Shown here piece by piece: positions 46,566 through 59,678 of a stretch of DNA of 64,000 nt (position 1 is its first letter; the number at the start of each line of letters is the position of its first letter). The notes beneath the pieces are model-generated. The model saw nothing but the letters and a program-made list of their open reading frames with translations. It did not search any database and had not been told where the DNA came from. Both the position numbers and the translations under genes were made by a program. The stretch is from contig NC_058375.1 of assembly GCF_018350175.1 (NCBI RefSeq), forward strand, positions 189,906,001-189,970,000, written 5' to 3'. The DNA is from Felis catus (lineage: Eukaryota).

Positions 46566-46782
46566 TTTTTTTTTTTCAACGTTTTTTATTTATTTTTGGG
46601 ACAGAGAGAGACAGAGCATGAACGGGGGAGGGGCAGAGAGAGAGGGAGACACAGAATCGGAAACAGGCTCCAGGCTCTGAGCCATCAGCCCAGAGCCCGA
46701 CGCGGGGCTCGAACTCACGGACCGCGAGATTGTGACCTGGCTGAAGTCGGACGCTTAACCCACTGCGCCACCCAGGCGCCCC
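46566..46782 (-). mobile_element. Young SINEC_Fc-type Can-SINE
   Basis: Perfect TSD tgactccgtgatctttt (46549-46565, 46785-46801). Confidence 0.97.
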
Positions 46783-48434
46783 ATTGACTCCGTGATCTTT
46801 TAAGGAAGTGCTTCTGCCGGTGTGTTTTCTATGTACTTTCCTTGCAGCAATAAAAAGGCCTGTGGAACTTGCTAGGAAGGGTGAGAAGAACCAAGGGCTC
46901 ATCTAAACTTCCACGTAGGGGACACATTTGGGTCTCCCCGTTGGGTCCCACCAAATCTTTGTTAATGGGCATTTTGTTCCAGTCATGGGACCTTCACAGG
47001 CTGCTGGTACTCATATCTCCAGGGGGACAAATTCTATTTCAAGAAAAATAGCACCTCTTCTCTTCCAAGAGATCTGTCACCACTGCAGAGTTGGGAGGTG
47101 CTGCTCACAGCCCTGGGTGGGAAGGCGGCTTGCTGAGTCAGCCCTACCGAGTGCGAATGGTGTGCAGTCATTAGGGTGATGACTTCCATGGGAAATGACC
47201 TGAAGAATTTCAGTAATGAAATTCCATGCAGGAGTCGTGAACAGCCCGCAAGTACCAATCCATTCTAGAGCCTGGGCTCAGAGCAAACTCTGTCAAGCAT
47301 GAAGTCGGGTCCTTTCAAAGCATGCTTTGACATGGCTTTAAACAAAGAGGAGCAAGCCTCTGCCTTGGACTTTTATTCATTCACACCAGATCTCAAGAAA
47401 GAGGACAGACTAATCTCCTTCGTTGATGCTGTCACAGCATTGGATTTCTGACCAGCCAAAGGTCACTCCGGTGACACTGCAGGTGGTAGCCAACAAAGAT
47501 TCCTAATTTGGGAAGCTTTGGGGGGAACACTGGGTGAAGGCGGAAATCCAGACTTCTGCTACAAAGCAAACTTTGTGCCCCAAACCAACCGCAACAGAAA
47601 AACAATCCTTCCTCTGGTTTGCTATATCCTATTTTCTTAATTGGGTGGGCGGGAGAGCGAATTTCCACATGGAGCAAGTAGGTGGGCACAGGCTGTATCA
47701 ATCCCATACTTGCAATCTTTGGCAGGGATAGGCACTGCCATTATGCCTTCTAAATGTCAGCTGAGGTAGAAACCGGTTCCAGATCTGAGAGGTGCCAGAC
47801 ACCTGCTCCCTCAGCTCCAAGACGTGCTTTGGCTGGGAGGTCGCCCATACACAACCCTTTCTCAACACGCACCGGTCCTCTGAACCCAGGAGCCGTTTAG
47901 AATGCGGAATACGCTCAGACTTCCCTTCCTTCTCAATGCCCACATTCCCCTCCTACGATTTGCTTTTCTGATAGGAGGCTTAGCCGGGCGTCTGTGCTTT
48001 CGTTTGGTACCGAAGTTCTAGAAATTTCCGAAATGCCATCTTTTCTGTGGAAGGCTGTGACCTTTCAAAGAGCCAAATGCCTCAGTTAGACAGTAGCAAC
48101 TTCGAAGACCACCTTTCTTACAAAAAAAAAAAAAAAAAAGTTTTTAACCTAGAAGAGAAGCTCTGCTGACAAGCTGCCTCACGAGGGAGAAGCAGGAGGA
48201 CAAAGGTAAGCGACAGTGATCACATTCTGGGTTATTTTCATTTCTTTTCACAAGCAATTTTTATAAATGGTTTTGTTTACCTTTTCTAAAATGAGCGTGG
48301 GTACAGCTATATCTAAAATTCAGTGCACCCGGAAATTTGAATCCCAGGAGGGGTGGTCTGGCACCCAGAGCTTTGTTTGTGGAATATGGGTTCTTTGTGA
48401 CTACCGTAGCCTCCAAATCCATCAGGCTAGGACC

Positions 48435-48590
48435 TAAGACAGTAATAGCTAATTTATTGAGCATTTACAAGGTTACCAGACACTAGTATCTCCCTCGTAC
48501 TTGTAGCAGCCCTATTAGGTAGGCAATGTTATTACCCCCATTTTACAAATGCAGAGAGTAAGAAAGGACACGGAAAGGTTAACTAACCTG
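48435..48590 (-). mobile_element. MIR
   Basis: atttattgagcatttac...cccccattttacaaatgcagagagtaag. Confidence 0.7.
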
Positions 48591-48599
48591 CTACTTTGG

Positions 48600-49280
48600 G
48601 TGAGACACTCTTCTAAATGCTATGAAGCACATAGCACGTATAAACATGTTAACTCGCAGTGATCCCGAAGGTGCGTAGTGAAGGTGTTCAGAACGAGTGT
48701 CCCCAAAATGTGCCAATTTCGCATGTTGGACTGTTTGGAGATGAAGGCAATCAAGGCCCAGCAGACTCAAGAAAAACTTTTACCTCCCTCGGCTACCTAA
48801 AAGAATATAGATAGGGGGCCTGGCCCAGAATGAAAACTATTACCAAGAGATTACTTTTTTATGTAAATGACTGTCTGGATGGCAGGACAAACATCTAACT
48901 ACCAAACATCTGCTTTTCTTACTGTCCTGTGAGTCACCCCCCTCCCCTGGTCCCTTTCTCATTCCTTAGCTCAAGATGCCATATAGGCTTCAACTGCCTG
49001 GCTTGTCCATGGGGCTCCCACATATACATATATAATCACGTTTGTTTTTCTCTTGTTAATCTGTCTTATGTTAATTTGATTATTAGACCAGCCAAAAAAC
49101 CTAGAAGGATAGAATAAAACATTTTTCCTCGCAGCAGTGGTATTATTATCCCATTTTACAGATGAAAAAGTGGAGGCACAGAGAAGTTGTCCAAGGGAAC
49201 ACTGTAGGGGGGGCTAGGATTTAAAACCTTGACAACGTAGTTCCAAATTCTGTGCTCTTAGATAGGATGCTAAATTACCT
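48600..49280 (-). mobile_element. MIR split by a solo LTR
   Basis: The left half (ttctaaatgct...gatcccgaagg) continues after 49136 (tattattatcccattttacagatgaaaaagtggagg). Confidence 0.65.
48679..49136 (+). mobile_element. ERV1-class solo LTR (MER34/MER39-related)
   Basis: TG...CA, 458 bp, tccccaaaatgtgcc...tgaaggcaatcaag...ttgttaatctgtctt...cctagaagg; TSD gtag / gtgg. Confidence 0.7.
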
Positions 49281-49299
49281 CTCACATAGTCTTTAATAT

Positions 49300-49440
49300 T
49301 GTTCTTGCAGTCTTTATTTTCCTTAATAAATATTTCTCAGGGTTGTTATTAGGATTATGTCATATACTCTACGTGAGGAACTTCGCACAGTGCCCGCACG
49401 CAGTAAAATACCACGATAAATATTAGTTACTATTATTACT
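49300..49440 (+). mobile_element. MIR 3' part
   Basis: cagggttgttattaggatta...cagtgcccgcacgcagtaa...aaatattagttactattatt. Confidence 0.65.
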
Positions 49441-49734
49441 AGTTGTAATAACGTTCACGCTGCATGGCTTTTTCCCAGTGGGAAACAGAATGGGAAGAAC
49501 ACACTTTTATCTACCTTAAAGCAGCAAGAGCACCCAGCTACAGACAGTTACTAAAACCTCGTTTGTGTATGACGAGGAATGCTGATAAACTCTGTACTAT
49601 TTGCCATTCTTCCTGTGACTGTGAAACATGGCAACCATTTCTCTCCTTTGGAATGCTCATTCGTGGCAAGCTTCAGAGCCAAAGAGCGAGTGGAAAAGAA
49701 CGAGGAAGTTCTGTTAGATTTTAAGGAGGGAAAA

Positions 49735-49850
49735 AAGTAAGAGCCTCTTCATTCATCTCTATAAATACGGATCATAATCCCACCTTATCTAGTACTCAGA
49801 GACTGCGTGAGCCTCCGGTGAGATAGCAAATACGAAGAGGCTCTGAAAAC
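49735..49850 (+). mobile_element. MIR fragment
   Basis: ttcattcatctctataaatacggatcataatcccacc...gtgagatag. Confidence 0.5.
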
Positions 49851-51691
49851 CGTGCACTCGAATCAAGCAGTATCATCCGCAGGGGACGGGGGCCCGGAGA
49901 AATCCCAAACGTGCACCAGTCACACACACACCGTAAGCAAGGAGAGCCGCCCTGGGGGGCCTCAGACATGGGCTCAGAGGCTGCCGGAAAAAAGGTAGCA
50001 AGTCTGGGGGAGGGAAGAAGAGAAGCTGTGCTTCTTGGAGGCCGAAAGGGAACTGCATGAAATCACGATGGCAGGAAGAGAGGCTACCGCCCAGGGGGCA
50101 GGTACCAAGAGCATCCAATGCGGGAATGTCTCACACTTCCTGGGGCACAGCTGCAGAGGGCCAGCCTGGAGGGCCAGCCTTCCCCCTGGGGCGGCGAGAA
50201 TACCGGGGCGCAGTTGCTGTGACAAACCTCTGGGGCAGCGGGTAGTCAGCAGGCAGCACATTCCCAGGGACGTTATCCTGCCGCCGGAGGCTCCTCCAAG
50301 CAAACTGTGGAATGTAGGACTTCAAGGACGAGATGAATGTGTTTGAAGGCTCAGGCAAGCCCACCGCCAGAAGACTTACAAAGAGCTGAGAAAACGCAGA
50401 GAAATGGCTCGGAGAGGACCCATTATGCACAGCCTCAGCGATGTGCCATTGCTCTCCGTTTTTCACCAGTGTCCCAACAATGACAGATGAGGAGACACTG
50501 GCAGTTGATGCTTAGTGGAGTCGCAGACATGTGGCAGGCAGAAATTCCTGTGTGACTCTGTTGCTGGCCAGTCCACTAAGGGGGGGGGGGGAAGGATTTG
50601 CAGAATGGGGTAGTTTGAAATCTTTTCGACAGCATCACCAGCTAAAATATTATACCCCGGCAAATTTCTTCCAGCTTGCGTTTAGAGCCAAGTCTGGAAG
50701 AACGCATTCCATCAGCCAAACCGATGGGTGTTAGAGTACTTGCAAATAGGCTCATTTGTTAAAATGGCAAATTGTGATTTAGTATCCTTGGAACTGGCCA
50801 GATTAGCAAATGAGAATGCTTTCTAATGATAAATTGTGCTAATTTGGGTTTCATTGGTCAAGTGAGCTGTTACTCTGTATTTTACAACCAAGTCTGACAA
50901 CAGGAGTTACTGAAGACGTTCCAATCATATTTTGGGGGAGTGTTTCTGCCAGAACTCCAAACAGTTCAGCAGTAACAGTTGCCTCAGATTTCCTTTTAAT
51001 AAACAAAGTTATTTTGGCATGTTTATGCTGTGTTCCTTGCGGATTTTTGGAGATCAATTCTAGCTTATTTGGATACACTGCTTTGTAAGGCTTCGTGAAT
51101 ATCAACACACGGATGACACATAAAATAGAATGCCATTTATCACATACACTTTTCAAAGTTATTTTTTTCCACTTTTAGGAGAAATACATGAACAATAGAG
51201 AAGATACATAAATTTATAAAAGCAGCACAATTAGTCCTTATTTGTTTGGTAATAAAAGAAAAAAATCAGCTCAGTCTGTTTCACTGGCTCATGTAAGGAG
51301 GAAATCCAACTGGAGTTGATGGCTTCAGGCATAGCTGGTTCCAGGAATTACGCTGTCTCCTGTGTCACATGCTGTGGGAAAAGCAGACAAAAACTCTGGC
51401 TGCACAGTTCACTACAAATAGAGACAAAACAATAGCCCATATTTCCGTCACTCAAAACAATCATGCTTGATATTTTGGTGTATTTTCTTATCTCTCTTTC
51501 AGGCACATCTTACCTTGCTCATTGATAAATTTTCAAACGAGCCAGTTAATGTGCCCTGAAGATGCAGTAAAGATACACATGCATTTTCACGTCAGTGTCC
51601 AGACACTGACTCACAGTCTTTGCAGGGAAATGTCAGAAGGGCATGTGCGCGATGCCTGCTCGGGCTCTCTACGGCTGCCACTCTTTGGTGA

Positions 51692-51889
51692 CAGCACTAT
51701 CCAAAGAAACTCTCTACAGCGATGGAAATTTCCTACATCTGCCTGTCCAGTAATTAGTCACTAACACACTGAACGCTGTAAATGTGGCTAGGTGCCACTG
51801 AGGAAATAGAGTTTAAATTTTGTTTAATTTTGAGAAATTTACATTTAAATAGCCACATGTGACTACTGGCTGCCATACTGGATCACGCG
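51692..51889. mobile_element. MER3-like hAT-Charlie MITE
   Basis: cagcactatccaaagaaac...aaatgtggctag...atttaaatagccacatgtgactactggctgccatactgga. Confidence 0.8.
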
Positions 51890-52296
51890 GGGCCCACACG
51901 AGTTCCATGAGGAGAAGCCACCGCTTAAACATGAATACACGTCCTTCCCCTCTACGGATAATAGAAGTATCATCGAAGGCTCAGATGGGAAGAGTCTAAT
52001 GGAAAGACATTTTAATAAGCTTCCTTGGTAGCTCCTTTTTGTCCGCAAGTGAGGTCCTTAGCTCTGCTGCAGGCTGAAGCCCTAGTCTTCCTGCTCACCC
52101 AGAGCCGGTGTTGAGTGCCTGCTTCTCACTCACACAGCACAGTTCTCAGGAAAGTTCACGGGTTTTCCAGCACTGTCTTGATTTACAAGTTATTTCCTGT
52201 TTTGTTCTGAAGAGGCAAATATGGTGTGGAGGCTCAGGAAGGTTAAGGAAGAGCCTGTCTGGATCACAGAGCATATCTGTGAACACCCACAGCTGT

Positions 52297-52298
<2 letters not shown>

Positions 52299-52340
<42 letters not shown>
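52299..52340. repeat. (AC)21 microsatellite
   Basis: Directly visible. Confidence 0.95.
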
Positions 52341-52348
<8 letters not shown>

Positions 52349-52376
52349 AAGCAAAAACAAACAGAGCTAAAAAGGG

Positions 52377-52384
52377 TGACGTCA
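52377..52384. promoter_or_regulatory. Full palindromic CRE (TGACGTCA)
   Basis: Exact CREB/ATF consensus with the CpG retained. Confidence 0.35.
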
Positions 52385-53091
52385 TGGTGATTTTAGGGTT
52401 TCTACTGAAACAGAAATGTTTAAGTGTTGTGCCATGACTCTTTTCCTCATTTTCTTATCTGTTAGTGAAGGTTTGCAGTCCTTTGGCAATTACAACACAG
52501 ACCCTATCACTGTCACCGTGGCATTTATTTTATCAGCGTCAGCGTTGTAAATACCCCAAGTGATGCAGAGAACCATAACCTTCAAGGAGTGGCTAACACA
52601 AGACTTCCACGGCAAGCGTCCGATTTAATATGATAGTCTCGGAGATACAACAGCAAAACCTCTTTGGGAAGATCCACGATAATGTGAAATCTGTTACGTG
52701 CCTTCTGTTCTAGATTTCAAGCGCTTAACAGGCAGGGACCCATCTGTCTACTGCCCAAGATGCTAGACTCCTTAGGAGGCCAAGCAGGAGCCTGAAGGCA
52801 GGGCTGCCTGGCTCTGGAGTCAGTGTGTTTCCTGGCACCAGCCCATCACCTCTTCCCCTGGATGACTTGGTATTGCCAGCATTCGGAGGAGCAAAGAATC
52901 GAGGGAATGTTCCCCCAGAGAACGTGACCGAGGGATTCAACAGGCTTTGCTCCCTTTTTTTCCCCAGTATGGTCAACACCGATGTACTCCTGAAACATTG
53001 CGCTCCTGGAGTCTGTTTGATAACAGTTTTGGTTTTTGTTTTTGGATTTTTTCTCAGTCATAATGTGAGGAATATCTGAAGCGTACCAAGC

Positions 53092-53360
53092 GGGGGGTGC
53101 CTTTGTGGCTCCGTCGGTTAAGTGTCTGACTTCCGCTCAGGTCATGCTCTCACCATTCATGAGTTCCATCTCCGCGTCAGGCTCTGGGCTGACAGCTCGG
53201 AGCCTGTTGTCTGCTTCGGATTCTGTGTCTCCCTCTCTCTCTGCGTCTCCCCTGCTCGCACTCTGTCTCTCTCTTTCTCTCTCTCTCTCTCTCAAAAAGA
53301 AACAAACATTTTTTAAAAATTAAAAAAAAATCATTCTTGAAAAAAAAAAAAAAACAAAAA
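53092..53360 (+). mobile_element. Can-SINE
   Basis: Head ggggtgcctttgtggctccgtcggttaag, (CT)n tract, long A-rich tail. Confidence 0.93.
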
Positions 53361-53489
53361 GGGGAAAGAGTACCAGGTGCGTGCTGGTTAGCCCTACACA
53401 GTGTCATGTTGCCCAGTGTGCCTGGCATTCTACAAGACTCTTCCAGATGAGCTCATGCTGCCTTTTCTGAGTTTCCCTGCCAAGGGGGA

Positions 53490-53820
53490 AGCAGACCACT
53501 CACTCTCTCTCAACCCCTCTAAGCCTCAGTCTTCATGTCTACAATGGAGATAACCATACCACCCACCTCTTAGAGCAGGAGTTGGAAAACTATGGCCGAT
53601 GGGCCAAATCTGGCCTGGCATAAGGCAAATCTAGCCCTGCCAATTCATTTACTAATTGTTTATGGCTGCTTTCACACTAGGAAGGCAGAGCTGAGTAGGT
53701 GTGACAGAGACCATATGGTCCAGAAGACTTTCTAGGAAAAGTTTGCCAATTCTTGTTGTGAGGACCATGGCATATAGTAAGTGCTCAATAAATATTAATA
53801 GCTGGTATTATTATTGTCAG
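53490..53820 (+). mobile_element. MIR split by MER58A
   Basis: ctctaagcctcagtcttcatgtctacaatggagataa...ttgtgagg...tagtaagtgctcaataaatatta. Confidence 0.7.
53576..53755. mobile_element. MER58A hAT-Charlie MITE
   Basis: caggagttggaaaactatggcc...gggccaaatctggcc...gacagagaccatatgg...aaaagtttgccaattcttg. Confidence 0.85.
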
Positions 53821-54389
53821 GCTCCTCTTCTTTTCTCTCTTCCTCTCCCCCAAACTCACTTCCATAAGAACATTGTTGAACATTCTTCATGCTATCGGTG
53901 TCAGTTCTATCCTTTCTCTTTAGATCAAAACTACTCTCTCAGCCTGAATTCTCTAGCTCCAATGGAGTGTGTTTGCCTTTATCAAGCAGGGTTCGGGGTC
54001 CCCTCAACTTTGCTAAAGTCATTTCCCTATCCAGTCGCCCCACTGCTTTGGCTTTAGCTTCTTGAGTACATGAGGAGTCCCCATGGTGTATGGTTATATA
54101 GACTGGACATTGTTCAGCCATGTTCAGGGATTCTATGGGTGCTTGGATACCAGCCACAGCTCTTTGTTTGGTCCTGCTTTGATTTCTGCCCAACTCTCTG
54201 ACTGTTCTTCTGTTTGGAGAGGAAACCTCAGTGGCTTCTGTTAATCTTCTCCTTAAGTTCACATCCCCACTGGGCAACCACCATCTTTTCTTTCCCCTGG
54301 TTGCCACTCTGACCTGCTTTGCCCTCTCAACTTAAAAGACTTCTTAGAAAAAAAAAAAAGCACACCAAGTTTTACATATGTCAGTTTAA

Positions 54390-54607
54390 AAAAAATTTTT
54401 TTTTACTGTTTATTTATTTTTGAGACAGAGAGAGACAGAGCATGAATGGGAGAGGGTCAGAGAGAGAGGGAGACACAGAATCTGAAGCAGGCTCCAGGCT
54501 CTGAGCTGTCAGCACAGAGCCCGACGCGGGGCTCGAACTCACGGACCATGAGATCATGACCTGAGCCGACGTCAGACGCTTAACCGACTGAGCTACCCAG
54601 GCGCCCC
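54390..54607 (-). mobile_element. Can-SINE (SINEC_Fc2-like)
   Basis: TSD ttacatatgtcagtttaa (54372-54389) / ttacctatgtcagtttaa (54609-54626). Confidence 0.96.
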
Positions 54608-56189
54608 ATTACCTATGTCAGTTTAAGTCAGGAAAGTGAAAATTCGGCCACAGGGAGTTTGAGCCCTCTCATTCATTTCTCAAGAGCTCCTTGTGCAAGG
54701 ACACCACCCAAGTGGGGATTCTTAGGCTTTTATTGCATTCTTGATGAAAGACAGTATCCCTTCTTGGGAATAGAATGATGAGGGTGTGGGAGTGGGTAGC
54801 TAAAAGCAGTCTCTGAATCTTATTTTTAAATCCAGCACTTGGCCTTCCCTATGTTCTGTATACATGCAGATATTTCTATCCCACACTGTCAAACCACTTC
54901 TCAGTTTAACAGTCAAGGTTGACATACTAATTCTATTCCACATGTTATTGTGTATCCCATCTTCTATTGTTTTTTCTTCCATCCTTTTAGAATTCTATTT
55001 ATGTTCTTGTTTTCACCAAATGTTTCGGGCACAATAGAGATTTTGGTTTTGGATGTTCTTACAACTAAAAAAAGATGGCCTCACCGTTCCCAGTCACACA
55101 GGGGCAGGGGTTTTGACACAAAAAAAGTCAACTTTCAGACTTAAGATAAAGATGTTACTTTGGAGCAGTTGTCTCCGTGTTTTGGGAGTTTGTGGGTGGA
55201 AGAGATGGTAGGGAATCTCTGGGTGTCTTCCGCAAACTCTCTACAGCTGTCAAAGATTCTGACATACCTCAGTTCTGATATACTTGTCTTGAAATTAAAA
55301 CTCTTTATAGACTAGGAATTCACTCTCCTAAAGACTAGAGATTAAGTCTGTAGGAAGCTAAGGTTTGTTTGGGCAGCTCCAGGGTATTGGGAGTGTGTTT
55401 TAAAATTGGAACAGTCACTTTCTTTGCTCAGGAGGCCTTTTCTCCAGCATAAGGATGACAAGGAGAGACAAAGGAATCCCAGCCATCATGCAATCCTATT
55501 TTGCCTTCATCGAGGCAACCTCAAGACACCAATAACAAATTTTTGAACTAGGAAGTCCAATTTGTTATAGTTGCATTAAAATTTGTTGAGTCTCAACTCA
55601 AACTTTCCTTGGCTAGACGTATAGAGAATGTGAAATGTGACTCAGCCCTCAAGGAGGTTGAAGTGGATTGAAAGCCATTTCCAATGGGAGATTTTTTCCT
55701 CCTCTTCGAAAAGGGTTAACTTTCATTGTGGGGGGAGATTTTTTAAAGATCCTCACAGAATATACATTAAAGACAGTTTGCTCATGGAAAGCACACAAAT
55801 TGACAGTCTGAAGTGAATTTTCTCTAAAGGGACTTTTCCCTTTTAAGAACTTCTAAAATGTGACCCCACAGAATAAAAAATTTGACCTAACCCACCATTA
55901 GTCTTGGCTAATCCAAATCCAATTTAGGTCTATCCAAGATGTGGCCAATGTTCTCATCCTCTTAAGTCCTTGAATAAGACAATTCCAGAAGTTTAATCAA
56001 GAACCAAAATTTGCTCCTCTGCCCACACAAATCCTAAAGTGATCTCAATATATTGGATACATACGCTTTTTCTCAAATTAGATTGCAAGTCTCTGAGATG
56101 GGGGAATGATCTTTTTATCCCTTTGTATGCTCCCCTCTTCCTAAACACCCCCAAACTCTTAGCATATATTTCTTAGGAATAATAACATC

Positions 56190-56365
56190 AATGAAGGCTT
56201 ACTATTTGCCAGGCACTGAGTGGTTACAGGCATTACTGCACTTATTTCTTACAATTACCCTTGGAGATATGGAAACTGAGGGTTAGGAAAGTTAGAATAA
56301 TTGCAGTAAGGCATAAAGCTAAAAAATGGCGGAGTGAGGATTTGAATCTAGGCAGTCACGACGGA
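56190..56365 (-). mobile_element. MIR
   Basis: cttactatttgccaggcactg...ggaaactgagggttaggaaagtt...ggatttgaatctaggcagtc. Confidence 0.7.
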
Positions 56366-59300
56366 GAACACACATGTTGAACCACCATGCTGCCCGGGCT
56401 CCCTCATTGCTCTCTGGCTAAGCTGGCCAAGATGCCAGAGGTGCTCAATGCTGGCTTGTGGAAGGAGAACACTTCTCCCCAAGAACACTTGAGAGGCATC
56501 ATCAGTGAGCTTGTGTGCTGTGCTAATGAACGTCTGCACCCTCCCTGTGCAACCAACTGAGTGTCTGGCCACCCAGTTTCACATATTCTGTTGGAAGTGC
56601 ACTCGATCGCATTGTTATGATCTATGCTTTTTTCTTCACAGTTGTCCAAAGAGGCAAATCACTCACAATCTTCCTCCAGAGATAAATACAAGGCAGAGAA
56701 AGAAGAAGCAGGTCAGCCGAGTTTAGGAAGAAAGTCAGTGGGGAAACCAAGGTTGCGTCTGCACCCCTTGATTTCTCAACAGCCTCTTAATTCAGACTTT
56801 CCCCCCCTCCAAACAGATCCCCAGACATGCCTTGGTGAAAACACAGGGCTATGAGACCCCCCCCTCCCCCGCCAAAGAAGCAAGATAAAACCACAAGGAA
56901 AAAAAAAAGAACGTGATATAAATGCAGGAGAAGAAATGACAAGTCATTCGCTAGTCTATTGGTAAAAATGTTTTAAAGTATTTTTCCGTGTGTACCAATC
57001 TTGTGGAATGTTCTTGGGATCCTGACGCCACAAGAGTTCTCTGTGCTAATACAGTTTCAGATATATAATTTACAGTAGAGTAAAAATCCCTTTTTTGTTT
57101 CCTTCAAAGAGGCACTGTGTGAAACTGTTTTCCGTATTGGGAGATTCTTGAAAGAGGTCCATTACACCCAATTAAATGCTGGTACTTACAGAACATTCTT
57201 TGCAACACATCTTCTGCATCTTACTTAGGGTTATTACTTGGGTGGCCCAACTATCGTTGGATTTAGAAGGTCTATGTTGAAAGGAGAATATGGGAATGGT
57301 CCTGGAAAGGAATGATATATTTAGGATCCTTTAAACACTGTTAGGTATATTTAGTATATCCACTTAATGCTGTTTTGGGTGATTTATAGTCTGGGCTATG
57401 TTCTGCTTCTTAGAAATTATTCCAGTTATATTTCAAATTTTAATTTGCAAAATATTTTAAGAAGTACAAAACAAACAGAGGTGGGTCCAAGTTTTCTTAG
57501 ACGGCTGGAACAGTGATAACACAGATTCTGATACAAATTCTGGGCACAAAGTGGGCTTTAGCACCTCTCTACCTCTTCATAATTTTTCACTATCTCTGGC
57601 AGTATGAGAACGAAGACAACTTGCTGAATTTCAAATGTCCTTCAGTAACTGGAACATTGCATTCTAATGCATTTTGATGAGTCAGATTAGTTATTTGTCA
57701 CATATGTTGGTAATGCAAGGAAATGTATTCAGTCCAGAAAATTAATCCAGGCAGCCAGCCATGAGCAGATGAATGAAAGTGACCAAAAGCAGATCGGAAC
57801 AGTGGGCTGAGGAAAGTATTTTTAAGGAGGCTATTCGGTAGTCACATCCTTTTAATACTGACTAATAGATTTAAGAGGTGAAATCTCCACCTTTTTTGTG
57901 AAGAAGGAAGAAAACTTTTCTGCATTTGGGGGACAGAGGGGGTGCACAGAGATACTGCACTGATAAGACTATATAATTTTTTTCCTTCCCTGGATATATA
58001 TATCTCACTTCTAGGACACATGTGGATTCCACTAACCTGTGGAAAGAAGGAGATGGGGAAGTCTCTGTTGCCAGCAAGCTGTTTACTAGAGATTAGAAAG
58101 TGTTAGGATTCCCTGACACAGCTGGCTGGGGACCCCTTGCCTTGGAGATCAACAGGAAAGTGAAAAGTCTGGGCAAAATTTTGCTCTGTCGCTGGTCGCC
58201 TTTCTCCCACAGCTGAAAATGACATCGCTCTTCCCGGGCCGTCGACATGAGATAGTGTCACATCCCGAATGAGATCACTAGGTCATAATCTCGTCCTCAA
58301 CCTGATTTTCTTGGCCTGTGTGACCATTACTGGGGGAAGAGGGGAAGGATGAGCATGGGCTGAGCAAAGCCATCCCTTTAATTAAGCTCACGGTCACGTC
58401 GCCTTCTGCCCTGATCCTATCGGATCTCAGCAGCTAAGCAGGCTGGGCTGGGGTGGGAAATTACACTATCTGCGGCATGTAGTACTGTAAGGTGTAAGTT
58501 GAAGCCTTACACTCCTGGCCAGGTGTGTGTTGCTTTGTGAGTTTGCAGAAAAGAACGTTAACAAGGCAACGATCCTAATGTGCTTTGGGGTCTCGGAGAG
58601 GTCGGTGTGACAGGAGTGAGGTGTGCTTCAGGGTCCATATGCTGATACCCAATGAAGAGATCCCTGGAGACAAAGCTTCTCTGTCCAAATCAGACAGGAC
58701 CTGCAGTCAACTGAGAGAAATTCCAGCCTTCTCAGATGTCAGGAGAGTGGAAACAACCATCGAGATTTAGTAGGTAGCGTGTTGTCTCTGGCACACAAAT
58801 CCCCAGTCTTGGCTGAGGAAATGATTGAAGTTCTTAGGGCTTCTATGGCATGTTTTAGTCAGTCAGATCTGACGAAAACTTGCTGAGACTGATTCTGGAT
58901 ATTGCAAATCTCATTAAGGGGTTATGAAACTATGATGCTATTTTCCTGGTCTGCTTGCCAGAGTCACCTTCTCTTTCGACAAGGAGCCCTTTACCACAGC
59001 CAGCTGTGACACTGACCCCGAACCCCAGCAGGGGACCTCAGAGACTGGAGGATGTCTTTTGCTTAGCTAGAGGCAGTTCTAGAAGCAAATCGTGCCTACC
59101 CGTCTCCACGTCTTCACATTCTTCACACCGGAATGGGAGTGTCAAGCAATCTGAGAAAAAACAAGGTGGTTAATTGAGAAGAGTGAGAGAGAATATCTAT
59201 TAACTGCTACTCCGTTTAAAGAATGTCTTCCCTATGTCTGGCTTTATCATCTCCTTTAATCCTTTATGTCTTCAGGTTTCTGGAAGCAAGTTCCAGAGTA

Positions 59301-59678
59301 AGAGTCTACCGTTATGGACTGCCTTCCCATCCCTTTGTTCCTGGCAGGGGAAACTGTAACTGTTGGCATTTTGGTCCAGTGAACCCTCTTGCCCTTGACC
59401 CTCACTCATCCTTGGCAGGGAGAAAGGAGGAGAGAGACGCCAGGTGAAAGGGGAAGAGAGAATGGATTATGACTGTAAGACACCACACCCTGGACTTTTC
59501 TTCACGGGAGTTCACCATGCACCATGCACAGACCAGCAACAAGGCACGTGGATGATAACTTGTCACTTTACTCTTTCACTTTATTGGCCCTGATCCATTT
59601 TGATCCTGCCTTTCTTTGGGACCTTAGGCTTCCCTCTTTTTGGAGTGCATTTGCCAGAACCAGCAGAGAGTATATTTT

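Noticed and set aside
42947-46902. Recurrent ORFs such as MGQRETEHERGRGRERGRHRIG and GAPGWRSRLSVRLQPGHDLAVREFEP (also near 6190 and 9963)
   Set aside because: These are translations of Can-SINE sequence, not a gene family.
58484-58513. Small hairpin tgtaaggtgtaag...ccttacac as a possible miRNA
   Set aside because: The stem is only 7-8 bp, far too short for a pre-miRNA.
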